Below are positions 1 to 11,177 of a DNA stretch of 64,000 bases, in pieces (positions within the stretch are counted from its first letter, which is position 1; the number at the start of each line of letters is the position of its first letter). The notes beneath the pieces are model-generated. The model was not told where the DNA came from. It did not search any database and saw nothing but the letters and a program-made list of their open reading frames with translations. Position numbers and translations under genes: made by a program. Origin of the DNA: an uncultured Pseudobdellovibrionaceae bacterium (GTDB taxonomy: Bacteria; Bdellovibrionota; Bdellovibrionia; Bdellovibrionales; UBA1609); assembly GCA_963803705.1 (NCBI GenBank), contig CAWDNU010000001.1:224001-288000 (forward strand). Direction: 5' to 3'.

Positions 1-713
1 ATTTATGAGCTGGAGAAAAAATATCAAATATTCCACCTTTAAAACTATATTGGCCATAATCCTCAACGACAGAAGACACTTTTGTATCCAACATAGACAA
101 GAACTCATCATATAGGTTCAGGCAGCTCATCTTTGACTTTAAACTGATAGGTATTCTCTTTTAAATAATTTTAGGGCAAGGTATGTTGCGATAGAGATGA
201 AGAGTGACGCTACAAACACACCTGCTTTTTTTTTGAGGGAGCATCTAGAAAAAGCGGATTCTTTTAGCAGCTCATTTTAGATTTAGGGAGCGAGCCCACC
301 ATAGGGACTTATATCGAAATCAGGAAGCTATAAGCATCGATCTTATTCTGCTGAAGAAAGTGATTATTTCTTAGCTTCTTTATCGTCACTACAATCATTA
401 GGTGTTTATATGTTTTACGTAAGCTAGAGCCTTTGAAAGTTAGACGAGTAAGAAAGGGAAATAAGAGCCAGTGCCTTCAACAGAAAGTTCTTTCGGAGTT
501 GCTTTCCAAACCTATAAATATAATGGAATTTCAAAATTTGATACGTGCATGATTTAAAACCACAGACTAGTGGAACAGTTGAATTTAGTTCATTGGGAAT
601 ACACTCAATAGTCTAATGCGTCAAATTGGTCTCAGAAAAACAAATTGGAACTGACAAAACTTCATGATAATTCGTATAGAATCATATAATTTAATCTAGG
701 AGTGGAGGGACAC

Positions 714-1087
714 GTGTCACCATTAGTTTCGATCATCGTATTGAGCATAATTGTACTTACTTTCGGTGCTGTTCTGATAGCACTCACGTCTCTTAATTGG
801 TCCAAAGACTAAAGAGAGCAAAATCAAACAAATGGCTTATGAGTGTGGTTTGACATGTTCCTGAATCTGAAGTGAGTAAAGTTCCTGTTAAATTTTATTT
901 AACAGCCATTCTTTTTATTCTTTTTGATATTGAAATTATTTTTATGTATCCATGGGCTTTAGTTTACAAAGACTTCATTGCTCAAGGCAAGGGATTATTT
1001 ATATTTGCTGACGATGGCATGTTCCTTCTAGTCTTTGTTTTTGGATTACTTTGGGAAATTAAATCTAATGCTTTGGAGTGGGAATAA
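714..1087 (+). CDS. nuoA: NADH-quinone oxidoreductase subunit A (frameshifted, probably a sequencing error)
   Basis: GTG at 714 after GGAGG; the YECG motif is in a shifted frame near 838-850; the C-terminal ORF 872-1087 has FYLTAILFILFDIE...LEWE. Confidence 0.9.
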
Positions 1088-1095
1088 AATGAATC

Positions 1096-2234
1096 ATGGA
1101 TTCTTTTGTAACCACGGTTAATCATCATAAAAATGTCTGCTATTTTTCTCTCATGGTCCAGATGGTTCCAATACTTGTTTGGGTTGAACGCAGGGGATCT
1201 GCTTTTATTCAAAATCGATTTGGTCCGAACAGAGTCGGACCCCTAGGACTTTTGCAGCTTTTAGCCGATGCTGTTAAGTTTGCTTTTAAAGAAGAGTTCG
1301 TCTCCTGGTAAAAGTCATAAAGCTTTTTTCTATATGGCACCTGTTCTAGCTTTGCTTCCCGGTGTCTTAGCCTTCGGGTCAATCCCACTAAGTGTTCCCT
1401 TTACCCTTTCCGGAGATCGGTTGGTCCCATACCTTTTCAACTCAAGTTTTTGATCTTGGAATTGGTATAGTTTTTGTTCTTGGTGTGTCTTCTTTAGGAG
1501 CTTACGCTTTATTGTTAGCAGGCTGGGGTTCTGCCAATAAATTTTCATTATTTGGAGCACTTAGAGCTAGTGCTCAAATGATCAGTTATGAGCTAGCATT
1601 AGGCTTATCGTTAGTTGGTATTTTGCTTTGTTACGGCACCTTTAACTTTTCTGAAATGATTGAAGCTCAACAAGGCCTCTAACTTTTCTTCTTTTTGGGC
1701 ACTAAATATACTTTTTTATCTTTTTTGCCAGCATGGGGCATATTTTATCAACCCTTAGGAGCTTTAATATTTTTTGTGGCAGTTTTTGCTGAGACCAATA
1801 GATTACCCTTTGACTTACCAGAGGCTGAATCAGAGCTTGTGGCTGGATACCATACGGAGTATGGCGGCCTCAAGATGCTGATGTTTTACATCGGAGAGTA
1901 CGGTCACATGATGGTGGCCTCTGCCTTGATGGCCACTTTTTATTTCGGAGGCTACACCTTACCTTTTTTGACAGTAGAGGGCGTCAGGGACTTTTTGTCC
2001 GGCACACTGGGTTTTGAATCTGCCAATGCTATAAGTTTAATGACAATGCTGGTTTTTCATATCGTTCTAATGACCAAGATCATCTTATTTCTTTGGGTGT
2101 TTATTTGGATTCGGTGGACCTTACCACGATTTAGGTATGATCAACTGATGGATCTGGGTTGGAAAAAGATGCTTCCTTGGGCCATTTTAAACACAATTGT
2201 GACGGCTGTATTTATACTTGCCGGGGGAGTATAA
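1096..2234 (+). CDS. nuoH: NADH-quinone oxidoreductase subunit H (several frameshifts)
   Basis: Fragments carry [53 protein letters not shown] and PRFRYDQLM. Confidence 0.93.
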
Positions 2235-2756
2235 GTGATTAGTGCTGCATTATTCTATGGGTTTTCAGCGTTCATAATATTCTTTGCTCTCGCTGTCTTG
2301 TCAGCTAGTAATCCTATTGTTTCAGCGCTTTCACTAGCGGCTGCTATGATTGGGGTTGCTGGGGTTTTCTTTGCACTAGGCGCTCACTTCATCGCGGCAG
2401 TTCAATTAGCTGTGTACGCAGGTGCAGTGATGGTTTTGTTTGTTATAGTTTTGATGTTATTTGATTTAAAAAAAGAAGAATCAATGTCGTCGTCTTTGAT
2501 GAGATTTCTAAAGATCTCTGTAGTTGGTGCAATTTTGGGCTTGTTAACAGGCGCAATCACTTTGTCTGGGTTTGATTCTAACTCACAGATGTTTATCCAA
2601 GATACCGCTTCTATTACTCCTACGAAGAAACTTGCGACTTTACTATTTAGCAAATATCTGTTTGCTTTCGAGGTTTTGGGCGTCTTACTTCTTGTTATCG
2701 CAATTGGCGTGGTGTCAGTGAGTCGAATCAAAGGGGGCACTCATGCTAAATCTTGA
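2235..2756 (+). CDS. nuoJ: NADH-quinone oxidoreductase subunit J
   Basis: [19 protein letters not shown] and FEVLGVLLL motifs; operon position. Confidence 0.95.
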   Translation: MISAALFYGFSAFIIFFALAVLSASNPIVSALSLAAAMIGVAGVFFALGAHFIAAVQLAVYAGAVMVLFVIVLMLFDLKKEESMSSSLMRFLKISVVGAILGLLTGAITLSGFDSNSQMFIQDTASITPTKKLATLLFSKYLFAFEVLGVLLLVIAIGVVSVSRIKGGTHAKS

Positions 2757-3069
2757 ATCGATGACAAACATTGGGTTGAACCATTTTTTATATTTATCGA
2801 CGATAGTTTTTACCATCGGCCTTTTAACTGTTTTATTAAGAAAAAATTTAATTGTTATATTGATGGGTATAGAGCTGATGCTGAACGCAGTTAATTTATC
2901 TTTTATTGCTTTTAGTTCTTACTCTGGTGACATTCACGGCCAAGTTATTGTCTTTTTTGTTATGACAGTTGCAGCTGCGGAAGCCGGAGTTGGTTTGGCA
3001 ATCGCAGTGGCAATTTTTAAAAGGTTTAAAGAAGTTGATATTTCTTTCTTCCAAAAACTGAAAGGTTAA
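2743..3069 (+). CDS. nuoK: NADH-quinone oxidoreductase subunit K
   Basis: [10 protein letters not shown] and [11 protein letters not shown] motifs. Confidence 0.96.
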   Translation: MLNLESMTNIGLNHFLYLSTIVFTIGLLTVLLRKNLIVILMGIELMLNAVNLSFIAFSSYSGDIHGQVIVFFVMTVAAAEAGVGLAIAVAIFKRFKEVDISFFQKLKG

Positions 3070-3081
3070 TTCGGAGCGCTT

Positions 3082-5014
3082 GTGATCACAATTTTATTTT
3101 CAATTCTATTTTTATCACCGTTTGCAGGTTTCTTAGTAAATGGACTTAATTTTAAAAAATCTAATGCTAATTTGGCTGGAGCTATAGGAACTGGGGCTGT
3201 TTTGGTTTCATTCATTTGCGCTGTGTTTCTTTTCTTGGAAATGTTAGGAGCAGAAAAAAGAATCTTAAATCCATATTTTTTTACTTGGTTAGAAGTTGGC
3301 ACGTTTAAGTCACAAGCAGCGTTTTTTATGGATCCGATCAGCGGAATCATGACTTTAATCATAACTGGTGTAGGGTCTCTGATACATTTATTTAGCGTAG
3401 GATATATGGCCCACGATGAAAGGCCATTTAAGTATTTTGCATATTTGAACCTGTTCATTTTTAATATGCTACTTCTGGTTCTAGGGGATAATCTTCTTAT
3501 CACTTTTGTTGGATGGGAAGGAGTTGGGCTATGTTCATATTTATTGATTGGATTCTGGTTCAGCGACGAAAAAAAAGCAGCTGCAGGTATGAAGGCCTTT
3601 ATAACCAACAGAATAGGTGACGCTGGATTGCTAATTGGGATATTTATTCTTTTTTCACAATTTGGGACAGTTAACTATTTTGAATTGAACTCTTACGCAA
3701 CTGCCATGGCTCCTGATAGCGGCTGGTTTAATCCAATCACCTTAGCCATGATATTTTTATTTATTGGAGTTTGTGGTAAATCAGCACAAATCCCTCTTTA
3801 TGTGTGGCTGCCAGACGCTATGGCCGGTCCAACGCCAGTGTCAGCGCTTATACATGCTGCCACCATGGTTACTGCTGGGGTGTATCTACTTATCAGGTTA
3901 AGTCCGGTGTTAGTTTTAGCCCCAAATGCAATGATGATAGTGGCCTATGTAGGGGCGCTTACAGCTTTATTAGGGGCGCTTATCGGCATCACACAGTGGG
4001 ACATTAAAAAAATCTTAGCTTACTCAACGGTTTCGCAACTTGGTTATATGATTATGGGCGTTGGAGTCGGCGCATTTATACCTGCTTTCTTTCACTTAAT
4101 GACGCATGCTTTTTTTAAAGCGCTGATGTTCCTAGGTTCTGGAAGTGTAATTCATTCGATGGGGGAAGAGCAAGATATACGAAAAATGGGTGGGCTGGCT
4201 AAGCTTATGCCTATAACGCATCTGACATTTTTAATCGGATGGTTAGCAATTATAGGTTTACCACCTTTTTCGGGTTTTTTTAGCAAAGATGAAATCTTGT
4301 TTTACAGCTTTGTAAGTTCTCAGAGCTCCATACTATTATGGATTATGGGTGTCGTTGGCGCAGGGTGCACGGCTTTTTACATGACTCGCTTGATGTGCTT
4401 CACATTCTGGGGCAAGTCTAGGATTTCATCAGACCTGCACCCCCACGAGAGTCCAATCTCTGATGACCTTGCCGCTAATAATTTTAGCATTTCTAGCTGC
4501 TTTTGCGGGTTTACTAGGGATACCCCATTTGATAGGCGAGGTTCTTCCAGGGCACCCACCAAATATATTAGAGCATCTTTTATCGCCTTATGTTGCGAAA
4601 GTTAAAATGGGCCATGCATCTGCTGCACTGGAATGGGGGCTTATATTTATTTCGGTTCTCGTAGCAGCGTTAATGGCCTTAGCTGCGTACCTAGTTTATG
4701 TAAAAGAGAAATTCAACATTGAAAATTTAACTGATAAAATTAGGATGGCTTACCGTCTAAGTTACAACAAGTTTTATGTCGATGAATTCTACCGGTCGAA
4801 GATCATTGAACCAATAATTGTGGGATCTAAAGCACTCTGGCTCCATATTGATGTCATGTTCATAGACAGATTTACTTACTACATTTCTGACGTCATTTTG
4901 AAAGGTGGTCACTACAACAAAAAGATTCAAAATGGTAATTTTCAAAATTATGCATTTTTTATATCTTTGGGTATGACTGCTTTTCTTATCATGATATTTG
5001 CTTTTAATTCCTAG
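3082..5014 (+). CDS. nuoL: NADH-quinone oxidoreductase subunit L (one +1 frameshift near 4460)
   Basis: KSAQIPLYVWLPDAMAGPTPVSALIHAATMV; after HESP the reading continues as MTLPL in ORF 4463-5014. Confidence 0.95.
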
Positions 5015-5022
5015 GAGATTTT

Positions 5023-6582
5023 GTGTTGTTATCTGCTTTAATATTTTTGCCAGTTTTGTTTGCGATAGTGATTATGTTAAATCCCCAAGAAAAGATAACA
5101 TCAAAGCTTTCCTTATTGTTTTCTGGGCTTCTTTTTGTTCTGTCCCTAATCATGCTTTATAGCTTCAACCCGGAAACAGCCGCTTTACAGTTCGTTGAAA
5201 AATCCAGTTGGATTCCTCAGTTAGGGATCCAATACTTTTTAGGTGTTGACGGAATATCTTTGTGGTTAGTTTTGTTATCAAATTTTTTGTTACCCTTGGT
5301 AATTATCGGTTCGATGAATTCGATAAAAACAAGAATTAGAACTTTTTATTCAGCACTGTTTTTGCTTCAGGCTGCAATGGTTGGTTCTTTTTTATCTTTA
5401 GATCTTATCTTGTTTTATATTTTCTTCGAAAGCTCATTAATACCGATGGCAATGCTGATCGGTATTTGGGGAGGAGATAAAAAAATATATGCTTCATTTA
5501 AATTTTTCATTTATACAATGTTTGGATCAGTGTTCATGTTAGCATCGATCATCTGCCTTATGCTCTTGAACAAAACTGTGACTGGTGAACTTAGTAGTAG
5601 CATTTTAGATTTGTATGCAATTGACATAGCGTTCATAGATGGTCGTTTTTTTTCAACCCAGACCATTTTATTTTTAGGATTTGCTATAGCATTTGCTATT
5701 AAAGTACCCATGTTTCCTGTGCACACCTGGTTGCCAGATGCTCACGTGCAAGCTCCGACGCCTGGTTCAGTAATACTTGCAGGTGTCATGTTGAAGATGG
5801 GCACTTATGGTTTTATTAGATTTGCAATTCCACTTTTTCCAGATGCATCTACTCAAATGTCCTGGATTTTTTCTTTGCTTGCAGTTGTTGGGATTATTTA
5901 TGGCGCATTGGTAGCTATGGTTCAAACTGATATAAAGAAGTTGGTGGCCTATTCTTCGGTTTCTCATATGGGATATATTATCCTAGGTTTATTTGCATTT
6001 AATGAAATCGGGTTAACTGGAGGGCTTTTTCAGATGCTTAACCATGGAATATCAACAGGAGCCTTGTTTTTTCTGGTTGGAATGATCTACCAAAGAACAC
6101 ATACCCGAGAGATTTCAGCTTATGGTGGGTTGGCCAAGTTAATGCCAATTTACACTATTTTCTTTTTGATAATAACTTTTTCAAGTATAGCGGTCCCGTT
6201 AACCAATGGTTTTGTCGGAGAATTTTATATTTTAATGGGGGCCTTTCTGGCTCAACCGATTTGGGGCTCGTTGGGTGTAGTTGGTGTAATCTTAGGTGCG
6301 ACCTACATGCTTTGGATGGTTAAAAAAGTATTTTTCGGTCCAACCAACCAAGGTTTGATAGATATGAATTTACAAGACGTAACCAGGTCCGAATACTGCG
6401 TGCTAGTTCCTATGGTTATATTCGTGTTTTGGATGGGTGTATTTCCTGGACATTTTATAAGGTACTCAGAAAAGAGTATCGCTAATTTATCGCAAAATAT
6501 GACTAATTATGAACTAAAGATTTTGGGAGAAAAAAAACTTTCAGAAAAATTATCTTTTATGGGAAAATCTGTCAAAGAGTAA
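5023..6582 (+). CDS. nuoM: NADH-quinone oxidoreductase subunit M
   Basis: KVPMFPVHTWLPDAHVQAPT and KKLVAYSSVSHMG motifs. Confidence 0.97.
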   Translation: MLLSALIFLPVLFAIVIMLNPQEKITSKLSLLFSGLLFVLSLIMLYSFNPETAALQFVEKSSWIPQLGIQYFLGVDGISLWLVLLSNFLLPLVIIGSMNSIKTRIRTFYSALFLLQAAMVGSFLSLDLILFYIFFESSLIPMAMLIGIWGGDKKIYASFKFFIYTMFGSVFMLASIICLMLLNKTVTGELSSSILDLYAIDIAFIDGRFFSTQTILFLGFAIAFAIKVPMFPVHTWLPDAHVQAPTPGSVILAGVMLKMGTYGFIRFAIPLFPDASTQMSWIFSLLAVVGIIYGALVAMVQTDIKKLVAYSSVSHMGYIILGLFAFNEIGLTGGLFQMLNHGISTGALFFLVGMIYQRTHTREISAYGGLAKLMPIYTIFFLIITFSSIAVPLTNGFVGEFYILMGAFLAQPIWGSLGVVGVILGATYMLWMVKKVFFGPTNQGLIDMNLQDVTRSEYCVLVPMVIFVFWMGVFPGHFIRYSEKSIANLSQNMTNYELKILGEKKLSEKLSFMGKSVKE

Positions 6583-6613
6583 ATCTTAAGCTAATAATAA
6601 AACCAGGAAAACG

Positions 6614-8092
6614 ATGCAAACTTCTTTTAAATTTATAGACCTTCTGCTTATAACACCCATGTTGACACTATTTCTATTTAGCTTGATTCCAATAGGTCTT
6701 AAAGCTTTTGCTAGAAAAAACCAAGAAGGAAAAACTGACCTAGTAGTTGGCATTGCAGTGTTAGGTATATTTGTTTCGATAGTATTAATGATGTTGCTTC
6801 ACGGTAAAGTTTTTTACCAAGGAACATTTTACGCCTTTTCACAGGCTTTAGTTTTCGACAAACTCACCTTTTTTTCAACAATACTTTCTTATGTTCTTTC
6901 ACTGTTAAGCCTACCCTTTCTTCTTAATCATCCTGCGATCAAAAGATCCCAAATCTCAGAGTTTATTTTTCTATATTTAAATTCGATTTTGGGTATGTCT
7001 ATTTTAATCGCTTCTAATGACTTGATAATAACTTTTATTGGCCTAGAACTGATGTCCTTGTCTCTTTATATGATGATCATGATGAACAGAGAGTTTCAGA
7101 ATTCAAAGGAAGCCGCAATAAAGTATTTTGTTTTAGGATCTGTGGCTTCTGCTATTTTATTGTTCGGGATTTCTTTGGTATATGGTTCAGTGGTTTTACT
7201 GTCGAATGGTCAAATAACAACTCACTATTCTGGAATTGTCGAAGTCGCGGCTGAGCTCATCACTACAGACAGAGTATTTATCGCTGGATACGCACTCATA
7301 CTTATTGGATTTGCATTTAAGATCGCTATGTTTCCATTCCATAATTGGGTACCGGATGTATATCAAGGTTCTGCGACTCCTTTAACTTTATTTATGGCAA
7401 CAGCGGTTAAAGTGGCTTCAATTATGGCTCTGGCGCGTATTCTAATGCTTGGACCATTGAAGGACTCTTTTTCAATCACAGCAACGCTTCAGTGGCTGGC
7501 TGTTCTGACAATGCTCGCCGGAAACTTGGGCGCTTTAGCACAGTCTTCTATGAAACGCATATTTGCATATTCAAGTGTAGCACACTCTGGATATATATTA
7601 GTTGGACTAATTGGATTGTCAGTCGAGCAGAATTTTTTTGGTGTTAATACTCAGGCATTGCTCTTGTACCTTTTAGGTTATGGGCTTTTTTCAGTTGGGA
7701 CGTTTGGATTCTTAAGTTTTTTAGAGAAGTCAGCGGAAGATGATATTCAAATAAACAGCCTACAAGGTTTTTTCTACCGGTCTCCGTGGGTAGCTAGTGG
7801 GCTTGCTTTCTGCCTATTAGGTTTAGCAGGTATTCCGCCGACGTTAGGTTTTTTTACTAAATTTTATATTTTTTCATCAGCGATGAACGAAGGTTTCTAT
7901 TGGTTAGTGACCTGGGCCTTAGTCAATTCTGTGATAGGCGTTTTTTATTACTTAAAACCTATTGTCTACATGTTTTTTTACGCAGAGAAAAAACAAATCC
8001 ATTACTTAGAACATAGTTTTCAGAAGATAATTTTCTTATCAGTTGGTTTTATAAGTTTACTTGGTGGGATAGTGCTTCCCATGATGTTTTAA
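6614..8092 (+). CDS. nuoN: NADH-quinone oxidoreductase subunit N
   Basis: EAAIKYF, FKIAMFPFHNWVPDVYQG and KR.FAYSS.AH motifs. Confidence 0.97.
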   Translation: MQTSFKFIDLLLITPMLTLFLFSLIPIGLKAFARKNQEGKTDLVVGIAVLGIFVSIVLMMLLHGKVFYQGTFYAFSQALVFDKLTFFSTILSYVLSLLSLPFLLNHPAIKRSQISEFIFLYLNSILGMSILIASNDLIITFIGLELMSLSLYMMIMMNREFQNSKEAAIKYFVLGSVASAILLFGISLVYGSVVLLSNGQITTHYSGIVEVAAELITTDRVFIAGYALILIGFAFKIAMFPFHNWVPDVYQGSATPLTLFMATAVKVASIMALARILMLGPLKDSFSITATLQWLAVLTMLAGNLGALAQSSMKRIFAYSSVAHSGYILVGLIGLSVEQNFFGVNTQALLLYLLGYGLFSVGTFGFLSFLEKSAEDDIQINSLQGFFYRSPWVASGLAFCLLGLAGIPPTLGFFTKFYIFSSAMNEGFYWLVTWALVNSVIGVFYYLKPIVYMFFYAEKKQIHYLEHSFQKIIFLSVGFISLLGGIVLPMMF

Positions 8093-8227
8093 TCAGAAGG
8101 CGCGTCAGCCTGATCGGATTTAAGAAAAGTTTCAGTGGCGACTGGTGTCAGGTTCCGAATACTGGCCGCACCGCTTCAACCTTCCTACGCTTTAATATCT
8201 ATTTAAACTTTAAAAGTGAGGCAGACC

Positions 8228-8244
8228 TTGGCACTTGCCTTGCA
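8228..8244 (+). promoter_or_regulatory. Putative sigma54 (RpoN) -24/-12 promoter
   Basis: TTGGCAC-TTGCC-TTGCA matches the TGGCAC-N5-TTGCW consensus. Confidence 0.65.
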
Positions 8245-8306
8245 TTTCCTGCGTAACTGCCGGTTTCTAAATCTAGTGTAATAGGCTTTCCGTTTTTTTT
8301 ATATAA

Positions 8307-8618
8307 AAAATTAGTGCAAGACTTCGCGCCAACGAGCTCACTTGTAATAGTGAGCCATCTAAAGATAAAGCTGTTAGTTATGCCATCAGCTACGACTTAG
8401 AATCTGAAACATGTTCCATAGTTTCAGAGAATAATGAGGGTGAAAAATTGCTAAGACAAATGCGAACTGATACTGAAGTCACCATGCAGACCTCAATTAC
8501 AGCGACAATAACTAGCGATAATGAAGACTATTACTTTGCCAAGTTAGAGCAAGAGTTTTACAACGGCGACCTAGGAAAGACTATTGGTGATCACCTAGGA
8601 CTCCTTCTTACTTTGTAA
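8307..8618 (+). pseudogene. Stop-free reading frame of 103 codons without a canonical 5' start; gene remnant or error-truncated CDS
   Basis: Hand translation KISARLRANELTCNSEPSKDKAVSYAISYDLESETCSIV...LGLLLTL*; follows the sigma54 motif and T/A homopolymers. Confidence 0.4.
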
Positions 8619-8718
8619 AATATCATTGTATGCCTGGAACATATCCTTACCATAGAAAGTCGTAGCTATTTATTTCAATATAACATAACCAATACTTATT
8701 TGATGTTTCAAAAACTCT

Positions 8719-9918
8719 TCACAAATCATAGATTCTTAATTTATCCATGGCGGACTTATATCCGGTTCTAGTGATGTCTTCTAAATTTTTGCTATTTAAG
8801 CTGAAATGATCTGCAAAAAACATTTTGTGATCTTGGGGACTTGGGTGAATATAAATATAATCAGCGTCTAGGTTTATGTTGGTTGTATCTACAATTCTGT
8901 TTATCAACAGGTCTCGCTCTAGATTAGAAATTTCTTGGTCTTCACAAAAAGTGTTCAAGATATCAATCACTCTGGTATAGGCATCTTGGTGAGTCCTATA
9001 GTCGACAACCTTCTGATGTATCATTTGGTATAGGGCTTGGTTTATAATTACAGGAATGCCATATTGATTTAAACTGCCTGACTTCGCGTTGAACTCATAT
9101 GGGCTCATTGAATAAGAAGCAATAATTAGATCACATCCTAGGTCGGCCGCAATATGAGTGCTCATCGTGTCCCTTATCTCTCCGTCAAAGAAATAAGTGG
9201 GATCTTCTGCACCGGGTAAGGTTATCTCAAAGGGACTAAAGACTGGGGGTAGGGATGTAGATGCAGCTATAGCTTCGGAAATATCAATCCCAGAAAAGTA
9301 ATCAAAGTTATTTTTATTGCTTAGTTCTTTTTCTAGCTGAGGCCCGAATATAGCTTTTTTCGGATAATCTAGATATGTTGCCACAATAAAGAGCTGATTT
9401 CCAAGGTCGTCAAAAGAATTTGTTTTCAAGGCAACGTCTGCGAAGTACTTCTGAATATTTCTTGTATTAAAAAGTCCATTAATCTTAATACCTTTCTTTA
9501 ACAAAGACTCGATACCACCCTTAAGATTAAGCTTACTAGAAAAAATGGCAGGGGTGAGTAACCTCAGTAAAGCGTCCTTAATAGACACGTTAAAGATATC
9601 TAGGTAACCCATGGGTTTTAATTGAATAGGCTGAGTACTCAAATCAATCTCTTTGCCTAACCCTTCCAAACCCGCACCCATAGTGAAAGAATGAATAATC
9701 TCTTCAAGAGAGTACCCAGATGCAAGAAAACTAGCAACAATAGATCCAGCACTAGACCCTATGAAATGCTTAATGTTTAAAGGACTCTCTTCAGGTTCTC
9801 CGAACTTGAAACCGCGTTGTCTCATGGCTAAACAAACACCAGTATGAAATGCTCCTGCTTTTATTCCACCTCCACTTAAAACTAAAGAAGGTTTTTTTTT
9901 CTTTTTTAGATCAATCAT
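8719..9918 (-). CDS. Patatin-like phospholipase
   Basis: LVLSGGG oxyanion loop, GSSAG nucleophile, ASTSLPPVF and DG(E) motifs. Confidence 0.9.
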   Translation of the reverse strand: MIDLKKKKKPSLVLSGGGIKAGAFHTGVCLAMRQRGFKFGEPEESPLNIKHFIGSSAGSIVASFLASGYSLEEIIHSFTMGAGLEGLGKEIDLSTQPIQLKPMGYLDIFNVSIKDALLRLLTPAIFSSKLNLKGGIESLLKKGIKINGLFNTRNIQKYFADVALKTNSFDDLGNQLFIVATYLDYPKKAIFGPQLEKELSNKNNFDYFSGIDISEAIAASTSLPPVFSPFEITLPGAEDPTYFFDGEIRDTMSTHIAADLGCDLIIASYSMSPYEFNAKSGSLNQYGIPVIINQALYQMIHQKVVDYRTHQDAYTRVIDILNTFCEDQEISNLERDLLINRIVDTTNINLDADYIYIHPSPQDHKMFFADHFSLNSKNLEDITRTGYKSAMDKLRIYDL

Positions 9919-10112
9919 CTGACTATAATAAGTAGTGTTAGCAGGCCTTTCAATTGATTAGGTAGTAGACTTGCTGAGTCATATGACTAGCAAAAAGGAT
10001 AGTCAATGGTCTAGAATTAACTATATATACAGGAATAAGGTCCTGATTACTCAATATCTATATTTACTCAATTGGGTGCTGTGATACATTTTGAATAGGC
10101 GAGAGGAGTTCA

Positions 10113-10676
10113 ATGACAACAAAGGAATGGTTAACGCTATCTGATTACTCATCAAAGTACAGAACCAGCGTTTCTACATTACGAAGACGGATTAAAAAAG
10201 ATGAAATTCAATATGTCTTCGATAATGGGAAATACTTTATTCCGGATATGTCCCTTCACTCTGTCGCAAGTTCCAAGAAGACGTTTTCGCACGCCCCCCC
10301 AAAAAAATCTGTTGATAAACCCTCAGGTCAAAATTATAGCGAAAACGACTTTTTGGGATTTGAAGAAAGCTTAGATCTAGATTTTGATCTGGAATTGAAG
10401 AAAGACAAAGCGTTTGAGTCTGAAATAAACTTTTTAGGCACCGATAAATCTCCGCCACAATTTACGCGCAGCCAGTCCTCAGCAGAGAGCATTCAAATTC
10501 AAAATATATTGTCTCCACTTTTGGATCAGATGAATAAAGAGTTGAAAAAAGCATACTCAGCGACCCTACAAGAAAAAGAGGAACAGATCATAATATTAAA
10601 AGAGCAAGTCGCTGATTTAAAAACTCTTATAAATTTTTTAGAGTCAGAAAATAAAAGACTAGTTAATTCGTTTTAA
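10113..10676 (+). CDS. Hypothetical DNA-binding protein: N-terminal HTH, disordered linker, C-terminal coiled coil
   Basis: GAGGAG RBS; LTLSDYSSKYRTSVSTLRRRIK excisionase/MerR-like HTH; heptad-rich C-terminus. Confidence 0.65.
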   Translation: MTTKEWLTLSDYSSKYRTSVSTLRRRIKKDEIQYVFDNGKYFIPDMSLHSVASSKKTFSHAPPKKSVDKPSGQNYSENDFLGFEESLDLDFDLELKKDKAFESEINFLGTDKSPPQFTRSQSSAESIQIQNILSPLLDQMNKELKKAYSATLQEKEEQIIILKEQVADLKTLINFLESENKRLVNSF

Positions 10677-10859
10677 AATTTAACTGGTACTAAAAGGGGT
10701 GTACAGATTATACACACACCTGAACTAATTTTCGCTCAATCTGAGAACATCTTTTGTTTTAACTTAAAGCTTTAATTTTACTTCAATTTAATGTATCAAA
10801 ATGGGACAAAGATATCCTTATCCATTTCAGTTTTATAAATTTATGACGAAAAGAGTATC

Positions 10860-11069
10860 ATGTTAAATAGATTAGCCATATTTTCATTTTTAGTGTTCTC
10901 TTCAGTTGCAATTCCGATGCAAAGTGAACGAAACTATCAAAGCCGTACAGTTCAAAGTTTAGACCTGGAAAGTTGTGTGAGCTCCGAGGACAAGATGATG
11001 ATCACAGACGACATTATCAATCAAAGTCCCGAAAAAAACCATTTAAGCAATCCTAATTGCAAAAACTAA
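10860..11069 (+). CDS. Small hypothetical secreted protein
   Basis: Signal-peptide-like N-terminus; two Cys; intergenic placement. Confidence 0.5.
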   Translation: MLNRLAIFSFLVFSSVAIPMQSERNYQSRTVQSLDLESCVSSEDKMMITDDIINQSPEKNHLSNPNCKN

Positions 11070-11117
11070 CTTACAGCTAACTCAATAAATACCTTGTTAA
11101 TTTTAGAACTGAAATGC

Positions 11118-11153
11118 AAAAAAAAACCACTTTCCGTTTGCTGAAAGTGGTTT
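11118..11153 (-). terminator. Intrinsic terminator after lon (possibly bidirectional)
   Basis: AAACCACTTTC/GAAAGTGGTTT stem next to an A9 run. Confidence 0.75.
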
Positions 11154-11177
11154 CGTGAAACAATTTACATTTTTAAC

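Noticed and set aside
1..560. Possible CDS remnant at the window start
   Set aside because: Too fragmented to assign a frame or product
8144..8156. GGTGTCAGGTTCC, a REP-like 13-mer sharing GGAACCTGA with array A
   Set aside because: One short imperfect match only
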